DNA of 62,563 nt from a virus (Duplodnaviria > Caudoviricetes). Below the pieces are notes generated by a model. The model worked only from the letters and a program-made list of their open reading frames with translations. It had not been told where the DNA came from and did no database searches. The position numbers and the translations under genes are program-made. Shown here piece after piece: positions 34,622-45,264 of this stretch. The DNA is taken from IMG/VR virus record IMGVR_UViG_3300021445_000002; one strand, given 5' to 3'. Within the stretch, counting starts at the first letter, position 1. Each line of letters begins with the position of its first letter.

Positions 34622-37096
34622 TCAGCGTCGGTTCAGGTCGCGGACGGAGTTGGACAGGAACTTGAGCATGTTGGGGCGCAGCCGGCCGACGGTCAGCGTG
34701 ACGGTTTCCCGGTCGGACGAGTCGAGTTCGATGGCGATCGAGGTGACCCGCAGCTTGTCGTTGACTTGCAGCCGGCCGGACGTGATGGACACGTGCACGA
34801 TGTCGCCGAGCCCGATCAGCGCCGGGTCCCACACGCCGGGCGCGAGGGTGATGTCGTAGACGGGCTGGAGCCGGGCGTACTGGTCGTAGACGGTCGCGCC
34901 GAACTGGAGCAGGGTGTCCGGGGTGAGCACGTTGGGGTTGCCCTCGCTCTTTTCCCAGCGGCCTTCCGGGCGGCGGAGCAGGTCGGCTTCCTCGGGGCTG
35001 CCGGCGGCCGGGATGATGATCGGGTTCTTGGTCAACTCGTTGCCGCCGGATACCCGCACCAGGTTGGCGTAGTCCTGTACCAGGTCGAGGGTGCGGTTGA
35101 CCTGTTGGATCGCCCCGCCGTAACCGGCGGCGAAGTCCAGGCGCACCCCGTTGTCCGCGCCGCGCATCGAGTAGTACAGGTTGACCCGCTTGGCCGGGTC
35201 GATGTCGATGTCGAAGCCGGGCAGGTTGACCATGAGCACGTCGAGTTGGGTGTCGTTGTCGTGCTGGCTGGCCACGATCGACACCGGGCCGGGCGCGCCG
35301 ATCCGCTTGATCGCTGCCCAGACGGTGTCGCCGTCGGGCACCTGGTAGCCGGGTGAGTAGATCGGCGTGCTGACCGGCCAGATCCCCTTGGTCAGGCCGA
35401 GCGCCCCGCCGGGCAGGCCCTGGGTGTCGCTGATCAGCGTCCAGACGATGTCGGAGAGCATCGTGCCGTCGGGGAACGACTTGTAGCCCGAGCTGGCCAG
35501 TGGTCCGGACGTGTCCTGGTAGACCAGGCGCCGGTCGAGCAGTCCGCGGTAGTCGACGCACCGGCAGGAGACGGTGTGCGTGTTGGCGTCGATGCGGTCG
35601 TCGGCGGCGGCGAGCCGGCAGAGCACCATGTCGACGCCGTTGCGGCGCCAGAGCACGTCGGTGACGCCCTCACCGATCTGGGTGGCGTCGAACCGGCCGG
35701 TGAGCGGGTCGGGGTAGCCGGTCAGTTGGAACTCGATGGTGGACGGCTCGGTGAGGTTGAGGGTGATTTTCCGGCCGGACGCCTGGGCCAGCTCGTAGTT
35801 CACGCCGGTGCGCCACGGCCCGACGACGAGTGCCTGGGTGGGTGCGGCCGGCAGGTCGGCCACCGCCGGGCCGGACCAGATCGGCGGCGGAGGTGGTGGT
35901 GGCGGCGCGGGCACGTTGACGCTGTCGATCGACATCGCGCCGTACATGCCGAACCCGGCGTTGGATAGATCGATCGGCAGGGTCGACGTGACGGCGGTCG
36001 TCCACACGCGACCGTCTGGTGAGTTGTCGAAGTAGAAGATGCCGGCCGCGTCCTGCCGGAAGCGCACCCACGGCTGGTACGGGACCTCGTTGTACACGAG
36101 GACGCCGTCCACTTGGGATCGCCACCAGACCTGCTGGAAGGCGGATCGGTCACCGCTGCCGGTGCCGAACAGCCAGCCGACGTACGGCCCGGTGTTTTCG
36201 TTGGGGCGGATGTAAATCTCGTGATCGCCGCCGGCCGACTCGTAGTCGACGGCGCCCACGTGCAGCGTGAGCGCCGAGTCGGTCAGGTCGTAGGTGGTCT
36301 GCGAGTAGACCGCGCCGAAGACCGGAATGTCGAGCGTGCCGGTGCCCTGGGTGCCGCCGTCGGTCCAGAGCGTCGAGTCGATGGACGTGCCGCTGAAGTC
36401 GTCGACCAGGGTCGCGAACTTGGCCGGGGCGCGCAGCCCGAGCACCTGGGCGATCGACGTGACCGGCGCGGCGAAAGTCCACTGTGGCGCGGTGACCGTT
36501 CCGGCGTTCACGTTGCGCCAGACGACGGCGGTCGTGCCGCCGTTGGCCGCGCCGGTGTAGAGGGTCGTCCACTGGGCCGGGTCCGGGCTGGTGACCGGCG
36601 TGGCCGACGAGTTCCACCACATCGCGACGATAGCGGCCGACCCGTCTTCGGTCGGTTCGATCGAGCCAGCCGACGGCGGGGTGGCCGTCGTGTCGCTCTG
36701 CCCGGAGTTGGCGAGCCACGCGTGCAGCGGGTCGCGGGCGCCGGTCCAGACCGTGACGTCGACCCGCGCGTTGGCGCTGTATCCGAAGGAGACGGTCAGC
36801 GTCGCGTTGCTCAGCCCGAGCTGCCCGATCCAGGTCGTCCACACCATCATGCCGGCGGGGCTGGGCGCGTTCGTGTTGAGGAGGTAGTTCGGGGCGAGCG
36901 GGTACGTGGTGTACCACGGTCCGCCGTCAACCAGTTGGATGTTGGTGACGCCGTTGTTGTACGCGCCGCCGAGCGCGGTCGAGGTCGTGATGACCCAGAG
37001 CGTCGCACCGGGTGGCGCGTAGATGCCGTGCACGACGGCCGACGTGGCGTTGCTCGCGGTCGCCGTATAGATCGGCGGGTGGGACGCGACGGTCAC
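34622..37096 (-). CDS. minor tail protein (C-terminal baseplate hub-like, N-terminal beta-rich domains)
   Basis: follows the distal tail genes; poly-Pro linker; LGDIV.V.I..GRL.V...LRV..I. Confidence 0.8.
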   Translation of the reverse strand: MTVASHPPIYTATASNATSAVVHGIYAPPGATLWVITTSTALGGAYNNGVTNIQLVDGGPWYTTYPLAPNYLLNTNAPSPAGMMVWTTWIGQLGLSNATLTVSFGYSANARVDVTVWTGARDPLHAWLANSGQSDTTATPPSAGSIEPTEDGSAAIVAMWWNSSATPVTSPDPAQWTTLYTGAANGGTTAVVWRNVNAGTVTAPQWTFAAPVTSIAQVLGLRAPAKFATLVDDFSGTSIDSTLWTDGGTQGTGTLDIPVFGAVYSQTTYDLTDSALTLHVGAVDYESAGGDHEIYIRPNENTGPYVGWLFGTGSGDRSAFQQVWWRSQVDGVLVYNEVPYQPWVRFRQDAAGIFYFDNSPDGRVWTTAVTSTLPIDLSNAGFGMYGAMSIDSVNVPAPPPPPPPPIWSGPAVADLPAAPTQALVVGPWRTGVNYELAQASGRKITLNLTEPSTIEFQLTGYPDPLTGRFDATQIGEGVTDVLWRRNGVDMVLCRLAAADDRIDANTHTVSCRCVDYRGLLDRRLVYQDTSGPLASSGYKSFPDGTMLSDIVWTLISDTQGLPGGALGLTKGIWPVSTPIYSPGYQVPDGDTVWAAIKRIGAPGPVSIVASQHDNDTQLDVLMVNLPGFDIDIDPAKRVNLYYSMRGADNGVRLDFAAGYGGAIQQVNRTLDLVQDYANLVRVSGGNELTKNPIIIPAAGSPEEADLLRRPEGRWEKSEGNPNVLTPDTLLQFGATVYDQYARLQPVYDITLAPGVWDPALIGLGDIVHVSITSGRLQVNDKLRVTSIAIELDSSDRETVTLTVGRLRPNMLKFLSNSVRDLNRR

Positions 37097-38067
37097 TAGC
37101 TCGCCCGGTACATCCGCCGGTACGCGGAGAACCGCAACCCGGTCATGGTGACGCCGGTGTTGCCGGCCAGCGAGTACGGCTCCACGTAGTACCCGGCGCC
37201 GGGGATGATCTTCACGCCGAGCGCGGTGGCGGTCAGGATGTTGCCGTTGGGGATCGCGTCGCCCTTGTTCTGTGCGAGCAGCGTGCCGGTGATGCCGTTG
37301 ACGCCGATGCCGATCTCGCCCCAGGTGGTGACGCCGCTGAACACGGCGCTGACTTGCAGGTCCCAGATGCCGGGGTGGCGTAGGAAGATCTGCGTGCCGC
37401 CCGAGTTGAGCGTGGTCAGGTGCCACGGGTCGTCGTCTTCGGCGATGAAGTGGATGCCGTCGCGGTCGGCCTCGCCCGATCCGTTGGGCACGGCCAGGCT
37501 GGTCGAGCGGGACAGGGTGACCCCGCACTGGTGTCCGCACGGGTCGCGCAGGTCGGTGATGGTGTAGCCGGACGACTGACCGGGGTTGACCTTGACCTGG
37601 GCGAGCGAGATGGCGTTCATGTTGGCCGCACTGGGCATGCCGGACCCGGTGTCGAGCATGAGCCGGTAGCACCAGGCGCTGTCGGACACGCCCATCGCGA
37701 GCTGCTGGTCGTCGACCTGGGCGATCAGCCGGTGAAACAGCGACGTGCCGCCGCCGTTGGCCGGGATCGGCACGTCGACCGGCCCGGACGCGGCGAACAC
37801 GTACCGCTCCTGGGCGGACGCCCCGGCAATGCCGGTGGGGGCAGTGACGCCGACGCCGGCCGAGACGGTGACCGTGTTGGCCGACGTGGTGGTGACGTTG
37901 AAGTCGTCCGGGTTGGCCACACCCGCCGACGGGCAGGCCGGCGCGATCAGCGTGCGCAGGTCACCGACCGACCAGTTGTAGGCCGTGGTGCCGGCCGGCG
38001 CCTGCATCCACACGGCGTAGTCGCGCATGTTGGCCTGGTCGTTCGAGTACACAAAGGTGTCGGCCAC
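37096..38067 (-). CDS. minor tail protein
   Basis: VTVSAG.G motif; position. Confidence 0.75.
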   Translation of the reverse strand: MADTFVYSNDQANMRDYAVWMQAPAGTTAYNWSVGDLRTLIAPACPSAGVANPDDFNVTTTSANTVTVSAGVGVTAPTGIAGASAQERYVFAASGPVDVPIPANGGGTSLFHRLIAQVDDQQLAMGVSDSAWCYRLMLDTGSGMPSAANMNAISLAQVKVNPGQSSGYTITDLRDPCGHQCGVTLSRSTSLAVPNGSGEADRDGIHFIAEDDDPWHLTTLNSGGTQIFLRHPGIWDLQVSAVFSGVTTWGEIGIGVNGITGTLLAQNKGDAIPNGNILTATALGVKIIPGAGYYVEPYSLAGNTGVTMTGLRFSAYRRMYRAS

Positions 38068-38109
38068 GGCGACCCTTTCGGACGGTGGAGGCGGTGGTGG
38101 GCAGCGGGG

Positions 38110-39027
38110 CTAGAAGAAGCGCGGGCTGTGCTGGACGACCAACTGCCCGCTGGCCCCGTCGTCGCCGCTGGCGAACGCGAGGGTGGTCGTGCCGGGCTCG
38201 AGCAGGAACCACCGCGACACCGACCAGTCGACGCGGTTGTAGAGGCTCTGCGCCGGGTCGCCGTCGAGCAGGACGGTGCGGCGGGCCACGTCGATGACCA
38301 CGGAGTGCCCGTCCGGCACGGTGTAGTTGCCGAAGGCGATCCGCACGCCGGTGGTGTAGTTGATGATCTGCGGCGACGCGCACGGCCCGGTGATGGTGAA
38401 CACCGGCGCGGCCGGCGCGCTGCCCACGTTGGTGATGGTGAGCAGGTTGCCGCCGTCGCCCGCGGCGAGGCTGAGCGCCGGGCTGCCCGCGTCGCCGGGG
38501 GCCAGGTACAGCGCCGCGCTGCCGGCGTCGCCGGGGTCGAGCGAGAACCCGGCCCCGGTCTGCGGGTACGCCGGCCCGGTGACGACCGGCTCCAGCGCCT
38601 CGAACAGCCCGGTCGGCGCGGCGAACGCCAGCGACACCTCCAGATAGGACGTGTTCTTGCTGCCCACCGTGCAGGTCATCGGCGTGGCCCGCAGTTGGAT
38701 GCGGCGCTGCTGCTCCCAGCCGTCGCACTGCGCGTACAGCCAGGGCCGCCGCGCCGGCTGGCAGATCGCGCGCAGCGTGTCCAGGTGCTGGTGGCGGGTG
38801 CCGGCGTCGTCGTTCCACACGGTCAGCGCGAGCTGTACCTGCCGCGAGCCGGTCAGGCTGGACAGGTCGACGGTGCCGGACACCCCGGTCGCGTCGGTGA
38901 CCACCTCGCGGATCGTCGGCGAGCCGAAGTCGTAGCTCTTGCACTTGTACGGGCTGTCGTAGTTCATCCCGGCGGCGGCGAACCGGACCTCGGCGGCCCC
39001 GTCCACGAGGGAGAGCGTGGTACCCAC
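38110..39027 (-). CDS. distal tail (Dit)-like protein
   Basis: after the tape measure; N.G..PA.P.FTITGP, WF.L.PG. Confidence 0.8.
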   Translation of the reverse strand: MGTTLSLVDGAAEVRFAAAGMNYDSPYKCKSYDFGSPTIREVVTDATGVSGTVDLSSLTGSRQVQLALTVWNDDAGTRHQHLDTLRAICQPARRPWLYAQCDGWEQQRRIQLRATPMTCTVGSKNTSYLEVSLAFAAPTGLFEALEPVVTGPAYPQTGAGFSLDPGDAGSAALYLAPGDAGSPALSLAAGDGGNLLTITNVGSAPAAPVFTITGPCASPQIINYTTGVRIAFGNYTVPDGHSVVIDVARRTVLLDGDPAQSLYNRVDWSVSRWFLLEPGTTTLAFASGDDGASGQLVVQHSPRFF

Positions 39028-42000
39028 TCAGAACCTCCGGGTCAGGTGCGGGATGACCGCGTCGGCGACCCTGCGGCCATCCAGGTTGAGGTGGGCCGGG
39101 CGGGTGGACAGCGCCTGCGCGAGCCGGTTGATCGTCCAGTCGTCGAGGCGCATCTCGCCGCCGTTGCTGCTGACCGCCTCGGCGTGCTTGACGTAGGCGC
39201 GGGACTCGGTCGGGGTCAGCACCGCCTCGGGCGAGCCGGTCGCGTTGTACCCGAAGTCTTTGAGCCAGCCGCCCGCGTCGTAGCCGTGCCCGTGGCCGAG
39301 TACCCCGAGCACGTCACCGTGGTAGCGGTGCTTGACGTAGTTGAGCGCGGCGAGCAGGTTGTCGTAGCCGTTGTAGATGTTGCCGTGGCCGGGGAAGGCG
39401 TACTGCAAGAACGTCGGCGGCGTGGTCTGCATCAGGCCACGGGCCAGGTTGTTGGGCCAGTTGACGTCGTGCACCTTCTGGATCGCCAGCTCGTTGCCGC
39501 TGGACTCGGTGACGATCTGGCGCAGCACCGCGTTGACGTAGTCGTTGCTGGCCGGGAATCCGTTGTCCCGCAGCGCCTGCTCGACGGTGGCCCGCCACCG
39601 GTTCACGCCGGTGCCGGCCGCCTTGCCGGGGTCGCCACCCCCGGCGATGCCCGAGTTGACCCGGGCCGCGCTGGTCAGGATCTGCTTGATGATCCCGCCC
39701 CACAGCCCGCCGACGGTGACGTTGGCCGCCTTGGGTGCCGCCGTGCCGCCGCCGGGGACGCTGACGAACTTGTCGCCGAGCTGCGGCAGGTACATGACGT
39801 TGGGGAAGCTGAGCACGTTCGACGTGTGCGGGCCGATGAGGATGCCGTCGCGGGAGTTGGCCGCCTCGAAGTTCAGCCCGCCGAGGTTACCCATCGTGTG
39901 CCCGGCGTTGAACCCGACGGTGAACGTGCCGGTGCCCGGCTTGAACCCGTGCGCGGTCAGGAACGCCCGCTCGTTGCCGGTGACGAAGTACCGCTTGTAG
40001 TCGGCGTTGCCGGTCAGCCGCGCCCACACCTCGCCGACCAGCGACGAGCAGTCGTAGGCGGTCGGCCCGTTGGCGCCCATCACGTAGGGCAGCGGGTCGA
40101 CGGTGCCCTTGAGCCAGTTCTGCACCGCCGCGACGGACGAGCCGCCGGCCGCCGAGGACAACACGCCGGCCGAGCCCATCAGGGCGTTGATGTTCTGCTG
40201 GATCGGCTCCCACCAGGTGTCGATCGGCTTGTTCAGCGGCAGCACGAACCCGCCGCCCGAGTAGAACCGGTCGGCGTTGATGGCCTCCAGTGCCATGCGG
40301 TGCTTGCGGGTGGACTTCGCGTTGACCACGAACTCTTCGGCGTTGAGCATCGCCGGGATGTTGTCGGCCGCGTCGTGCGGCGACCAGCCGCCGACCAGGC
40401 CGCCGGCCGCCTTGAACTGGACGGGACCCTTGTGCTGCGGCACTGGGCCGAACGGCACTGTCTCACCAGTCGACGGTGGCGTCCACTGCACAACGTCGAT
40501 GCCGTACAGCTTCGCGAGCTGCGCCAGCCCTTGGTACTGCTGGTAGATGTGATCGAGGCTGATCTTCGCAGAGCCGTTGTCGGTGATCTGCAAGTTAAAT
40601 TGGTGGTCGAGCAGCTTCGAGTTTTCGTAGAGAGCCTTGGCCGCATCCTTGGTCAGGTTCAGGTGACCCAGAAGATCACCGAGGGCCTTCCCCTGCTTGT
40701 CAAACGCGGTGTTCGCGTCGTCAACCGCCCGCCGGGCCAGCTCGTTCTGGTGCCGGCTGCTTTCCAGCGTGTTGGCGTAGTTTTCGTGGGCCAGCTTGAG
40801 GTTGCGCTGCTGTTCCAGTTCGTTGCGGCGCGACTCGGCAAGGCTGTGCTTAGCGTCGACCACGTCGGGCGTGCCCTCGACGCCCTGCTTCTGCGCGAGT
40901 GCGAGCTTGTCGCGCAGGGCCGGCGCGTCGGCCTGAAAGTCGGCGAGCGCGTTGCGGGCCTCGTCGAGGCTGACCACCGCCTGGCGACGGGCCAGCGCCT
41001 CGGCGGGCAGGCCGCGGGTCTGTACCTCGGCCAGTTGCGCCTCGACGAGCCGGATCTTCAGCTCTTCCTCGTTGTCGCCGATGTCGCGAACCTGCCGCTG
41101 CAAATCCTTGAGGTTCTGGATCGCGTCTTTGCGGGCCTGGGTCAGCGACTTCTGCGCCTGCTCGGTGGCGTAGTGCGCCTCGGCCAGACCGTGCTCGGCC
41201 TCGGTGACACCGTGCAGCGCGTTCTCGTTGGCCTGTGCGGTGGACTGCGCGGTCTGCGCCGCGCTGTACCGGGCGTCGTCCGCGCTGCGCTGCGCGCTGA
41301 GGTAACTGGCGTACGCGTCGGCGACCGTGTTGACGGTCTTGACCTCGGGGCTGAACTCGTCGCCGAGCTGGCTCTGGAAGTTGGAGAAGACCGTGTTGTT
41401 GGCGGTGATCGCGTCGGTGACCTTCTTCCACGACACCGCGTTCTGGTCAAGCGCCGGGGTCAACGCGTCCATCGCGGCCTTGACAGCCTCGGCGGCGGCC
41501 TTGTCGTCGGTCAGCGCGTCGGCGGCGGCGTCGAAGTCCTTTTCGTTGAAGTACTTCTTGACGGCGAGAATCGGCGACAGGGCCGCCAGTCCGGTGGGAG
41601 TCTTGTCGGCTGCACCCTGCTTCGTGCGGATCGCGTCGATCTGCGCCTGGATCGCCTCGGGGCTGCCGCTGGCGATGGCCTGCACGACGCTGGGCAGTTC
41701 CACCCCGTACTTATGGGAGTGCAGGGCCAGGTCACGCAGCGCCGAGTCGCCGGCCGCCAACTGGCTCACAAACTCCTGCGAGATCTGGCCGGTGGACTTG
41801 TAGCTGTCGGCAAGTTGCTTGAGCGACGACGCGAGGGTGTCCGAGGTCTGCTTCTGTGCGGACATGGCACCGGTGACGCTGCCGACGGCCGCGCCAACCG
41901 CGGCGCCACCAGCCGCTGCAACCGGGCTGCCAAACATGCCGACACCGGCACCGACACCGGCGCCGGACAGCGCGCCGCCGAGGATCGGGTGACCCGCATT

Positions 42001-43791
42001 GGCCAGCGCGCTACCACCAGCGGTGGCCGCCAGCGAAGCGCCGAGAATGACGCCGGTACCCAGTCGACTATTCGCCAGCGCGCCCATGCGGCCGAAGAAA
42101 CCAGGCTGAGCTTGCGGGCCAGCCGGCCCGGTGTACATGCCGAAGCCGACACTGCTGGCGGAGGTAGTGGCGTTGTAGCCTTTCGCGGCGGCGGTGGCCT
42201 CGGCCCACATGGTCTTGACGCCAATAGCCGCCGCCCGAACCCGCGCCCCGAACACGGTGTACGCGGCGGCGATGGTGAGGATGCCGGCCGCGAAGCCGGG
42301 ATTGCCCATCTGTGACAGCCCACCCACCAGGGAGGTGACGCCGTCCACAACATCGCCGACGACCGACAGCACCGGGTGAAGCACCGCGTACAGGTCGGTG
42401 AACGCCTTGACCAACTTGCCGATGTCGACCACCGCGGCGTCGATGAAGTCGAGGAGTCCCTTGAGGAACCCGACACCCTTCGGGTCGGTCAGGTCGGCGA
42501 CCAGCGTGCCGAACGCCTTGCCGATCGCCGGCCCCTTCTTGGCGATGGCGTCGATGTACTGTGCCGCGTTGCGCGCCGCGGTGGCCATGCCGGGCAGGGC
42601 CGCCTGGGCGAACCCGGCCAGCCCCTGCTCGATCTTGGGAAGTGTCTTGCCGAGCGGCGTGAGTACGTCGGCGATCTTCGGCTTGAGCGCCGCGAAGTCG
42701 ATGCCGATCTGCGGGATGACCAGCGCCAGCTCGTCGGCAAACGGCCGGGCCGCGCCTTGCAGGGTCTGGCCCATGTCGGCGGCGAGGCTGGTCGCGGCAG
42801 CCTTGACCCGGTAGTCCTTGGCCGCGATGACGATGCCGGTGGCGATGCCACCGACGCCGAAGCCGAGCGCGACCGCAGAACTGATCGCGGCGCCAATGAG
42901 CGGCGCCCCGGCGGTGATGCCGATGGCGATGGTGCGGGCCGCGTGCGGGCCGACGCCGCCGATGCCGGGCAGCACGTTCAGGTACTCGGCGAACTTCCGG
43001 AAGCCCTGGGTGCGCTCGTTCTGCTCGCGCTTAGCGTTTTCCCGGTACGCCTGCGCCTCGGCCTTGCCGAGGACCTCGCGCTGCTTGCGGGCCTTCTCTG
43101 CGGCGGCATCCGCGTCGTCGGCGGCCTTCTTGTTGCGACGGTCGTTCTCGGCGTGCGCGGCGCGCTCGGCCTTTTCGATGTCCTGTTGCAGCTTCTGGGC
43201 GTCGGCGACCTTCTTAGCCGTGCGCTGCCGATCTTCGTTGTACGCCTGCTCTTCTAGGCGGCCCATCTTGGCGCGCTGCGCCTGCGCGCGGCGGTAGTCC
43301 TCGGCGTACGCGGCCACCTCGGCGTCGGCACGCTTCTTGGTCGCCGCGACCGACGCCGCCGTCGCGGCGGCCTCCCGGCGCGCCTTTTCCCGGTATGCCT
43401 CAGCCTCGGCCGACCCCATCTGCTTCTGGGCGGCCCGCTGCGCTGCGAGCAGATCGGTGACCTGTTGCCGCAACATGCGTTGCTGCACCGGCGATATGAA
43501 ATCGCCTTCGGCCTCGACCTTAGCCTTGACGGTGACCTTCTCGGAGGACAGCGCCTTGAGCTTGGCCTTGGCCGGCGCGGTGTCCACATCGGCCTTGACC
43601 TTGGCGGTGGTCTTGCCGGCCTCGTCCGCCGCGGCCCTGACCTTGGCGACCACGGCTGCGGTGTCCGCCTCGACGGTGACCTTGACCTTGGTGCCGGCGG
43701 TGGCTTCCTTGAGTCCGGCGGTCAGCTCCTCCTTGAACCTGGAGAAGTCCGGCTTGATGGCGATGAGTGCTTCTTCGATGACAGTCGCCAT
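39028..43791 (-). CDS. tape measure protein with NlpC/P60-like and SLT lytic transglycosylase domains
   Basis: 1587 aa, Ala-rich; PYVMG..GP.AYDCSS...HT; QI.TESSGN...GLMQ...TF. Confidence 0.93.
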   Translation of the reverse strand: MATVIEEALIAIKPDFSRFKEELTAGLKEATAGTKVKVTVEADTAAVVAKVRAAADEAGKTTAKVKADVDTAPAKAKLKALSSEKVTVKAKVEAEGDFISPVQQRMLRQQVTDLLAAQRAAQKQMGSAEAEAYREKARREAAATAASVAATKKRADAEVAAYAEDYRRAQAQRAKMGRLEEQAYNEDRQRTAKKVADAQKLQQDIEKAERAAHAENDRRNKKAADDADAAAEKARKQREVLGKAEAQAYRENAKREQNERTQGFRKFAEYLNVLPGIGGVGPHAARTIAIGITAGAPLIGAAISSAVALGFGVGGIATGIVIAAKDYRVKAAATSLAADMGQTLQGAARPFADELALVIPQIGIDFAALKPKIADVLTPLGKTLPKIEQGLAGFAQAALPGMATAARNAAQYIDAIAKKGPAIGKAFGTLVADLTDPKGVGFLKGLLDFIDAAVVDIGKLVKAFTDLYAVLHPVLSVVGDVVDGVTSLVGGLSQMGNPGFAAGILTIAAAYTVFGARVRAAAIGVKTMWAEATAAAKGYNATTSASSVGFGMYTGPAGPQAQPGFFGRMGALANSRLGTGVILGASLAATAGGSALANAGHPILGGALSGAGVGAGVGMFGSPVAAAGGAAVGAAVGSVTGAMSAQKQTSDTLASSLKQLADSYKSTGQISQEFVSQLAAGDSALRDLALHSHKYGVELPSVVQAIASGSPEAIQAQIDAIRTKQGAADKTPTGLAALSPILAVKKYFNEKDFDAAADALTDDKAAAEAVKAAMDALTPALDQNAVSWKKVTDAITANNTVFSNFQSQLGDEFSPEVKTVNTVADAYASYLSAQRSADDARYSAAQTAQSTAQANENALHGVTEAEHGLAEAHYATEQAQKSLTQARKDAIQNLKDLQRQVRDIGDNEEELKIRLVEAQLAEVQTRGLPAEALARRQAVVSLDEARNALADFQADAPALRDKLALAQKQGVEGTPDVVDAKHSLAESRRNELEQQRNLKLAHENYANTLESSRHQNELARRAVDDANTAFDKQGKALGDLLGHLNLTKDAAKALYENSKLLDHQFNLQITDNGSAKISLDHIYQQYQGLAQLAKLYGIDVVQWTPPSTGETVPFGPVPQHKGPVQFKAAGGLVGGWSPHDAADNIPAMLNAEEFVVNAKSTRKHRMALEAINADRFYSGGGFVLPLNKPIDTWWEPIQQNINALMGSAGVLSSAAGGSSVAAVQNWLKGTVDPLPYVMGANGPTAYDCSSLVGEVWARLTGNADYKRYFVTGNERAFLTAHGFKPGTGTFTVGFNAGHTMGNLGGLNFEAANSRDGILIGPHTSNVLSFPNVMYLPQLGDKFVSVPGGGTAAPKAANVTVGGLWGGIIKQILTSAARVNSGIAGGGDPGKAAGTGVNRWRATVEQALRDNGFPASNDYVNAVLRQIVTESSGNELAIQKVHDVNWPNNLARGLMQTTPPTFLQYAFPGHGNIYNGYDNLLAALNYVKHRYHGDVLGVLGHGHGYDAGGWLKDFGYNATGSPEAVLTPTESRAYVKHAEAVSSNGGEMRLDDWTINRLAQALSTRPAHLNLDGRRVADAVIPHLTRRF

Positions 43792-44120
43792 CAGCTCACC
43801 TCCACGAGGCCATCGCCCATTGCGGCGCCGAGATTGCGGATGCTCAGGTCCTGTTCGTAGTCCTCATCGAGCAGCAGACGCGTCTCGGTGATTTGCTCGC
43901 CTTCGGGCGTGAAGTCGACGCGGGCAGCGAGGTCGAGGCGCTGCTTGCGCATCTCGTCGACCACGGCTTCCTCCATGACGAGGAATGCCTGGCGGGCGCT
44001 GAGTTTGGAGAACTGCATGAGCGCGCGTTCAACCGCGCCCCAGTACGCGGCGGCGCGGGACAGGATCAGCCGGCGCCGCTCGGCGGTTTTGCCGGTGTAG
44101 CGTTCCAGCAGCCAGCGCAC
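43791..44120 (-). CDS. tail assembly chaperone, frameshifted (GT-like) portion
   Basis: -1 frame is open back to the slippery site at 44264-44270. Confidence 0.7.
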   Translation of the reverse strand: MRWLLERYTGKTAERRRLILSRAAAYWGAVERALMQFSKLSARQAFLVMEEAVVDEMRKQRLDLAARVDFTPEGEQITETRLLLDEDYEQDLSIRNLGAAMGDGLVEVS

Positions 44121-44152
44121 CAGTTCGCTGATCTGCCGGGTGTCGATACCGG

Positions 44153-44539
44153 CTAGCTGGCCTTCGGGTTCAGCGACACCACATTGGACGGCTGACTGTC
44201 GGTGCTGACCGGCTTGTCCTTCTCGCCCTTGCCGGTGTAGATGCCCAGCAGCCAGTCCAGGATTTTTCCCACCTGCTCCGAGGCCAGGATCTGCTCATCG
44301 TCGTCGCCGTCGTAGTCGATGGCCGCGACGAACCGCTCCCGGTCGGCCGGAACCAGTACCATCCGGAAGAAGTCCTTGGTGGACTCGATGCCGTCGGTGT
44401 CTTCGCCGAGCGACATCAGGTACTTGTTCATCTTCTGCCACGGCACGCGCTTGCGGCCGGTGTAGGTCTGGCCGCCGACGGTGAACGTGACCTCGCCACG
44501 CTGCTCGGCCAGCCAGCTATCAAAATCTTTATAGCTCAA
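44153..44539 (-). CDS. tail assembly chaperone (G-like)
   Basis: between major tail and tape measure; contains G GGA AAA. Confidence 0.8.
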   Translation of the reverse strand: MSYKDFDSWLAEQRGEVTFTVGGQTYTGRKRVPWQKMNKYLMSLGEDTDGIESTKDFFRMVLVPADRERFVAAIDYDGDDDEQILASEQVGKILDWLLGIYTGKGEKDKPVSTDSQPSNVVSLNPKAS

Positions 44540-44644
44540 CGAACATGCCCCTTTTGCTATGTGCCTGATAAGCCTCACGGCGGCGGTTCAGGCGGGGCTA
44601 TTTGTTACGCGCGGCCCCGCCAGGCGCGCGGTGGATTCACCGGA

Positions 44645-45238
44645 TCAGGTCTCGTCCGGGTTGAGCGTGTCCGAGCCCATGATCTTGAGGATCTTGGAGC
44701 CGTCGGTCGGCTTCTCCAGCGAGAACGAGCACACGATGAGCTGCTTCTGCGTGCCCTTCTTGTTGTCGATGTTGAGCGACCCGCCATTGAGGACGCGCCG
44801 GAAGATGAAGCGCAGGTCGTTGTTGGTCGGGTCGGGGCTCGCGTCCCAGCCGAGCATCACCCGCTGCTCGGTGCCCAGGTCCGGCGGCTCGAATGTCCAA
44901 GAGGTGCCGTCCCCGAGAATCACGCCGCCGTTGAAGGCGATCTGAAGATTGCGGTAGGTCATTTCCGCCAGCGACACGTCCACCTTGGCCTCGCGGGAGG
45001 TGGGCGTGTAGGCGATCGGCTCCAGCTCCTCGGCGACCTCGACCTTGTCGATGGTGGTCGAGTAAGTGAAGGTGCTACCTGCGTCGGTGTAGCCGAGCGG
45101 CACCCAGCCGACCGTGGCCGGGGCGACCGGCGCGGGCCAAGCGTCGGTCTCCGTGGTCGGCTCGGGCGTGCCGAGCGGCGCGATGTAGAGCAGGCCGGGC
45201 TTACCGAAGCGCACCGCAGCCGAGTGGAAGTTCGCCAT
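44645..45238 (-). CDS. major tail protein
   Basis: G.PG.LYIAP.GT.EP...W..LGYT..G. Confidence 0.88.
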   Translation of the reverse strand: MANFHSAAVRFGKPGLLYIAPLGTPEPTTETDAWPAPVAPATVGWVPLGYTDAGSTFTYSTTIDKVEVAEELEPIAYTPTSREAKVDVSLAEMTYRNLQIAFNGGVILGDGTSWTFEPPDLGTEQRVMLGWDASPDPTNNDLRFIFRRVLNGGSLNIDNKKGTQKQLIVCSFSLEKPTDGSKILKIMGSDTLNPDET

Positions 45239-45264
45239 GGTCTTTTCCTCCGGACCTTGGGCAT

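Noticed and set aside
37420-42315. 1631-aa plus-strand ORF, and other long antisense ORFs such as 1217-3508, 46064-48367 and 23608-25374
   Set aside because: Shadow frames of high-GC coding sequence opposite well-supported genes; no recognisable motifs.
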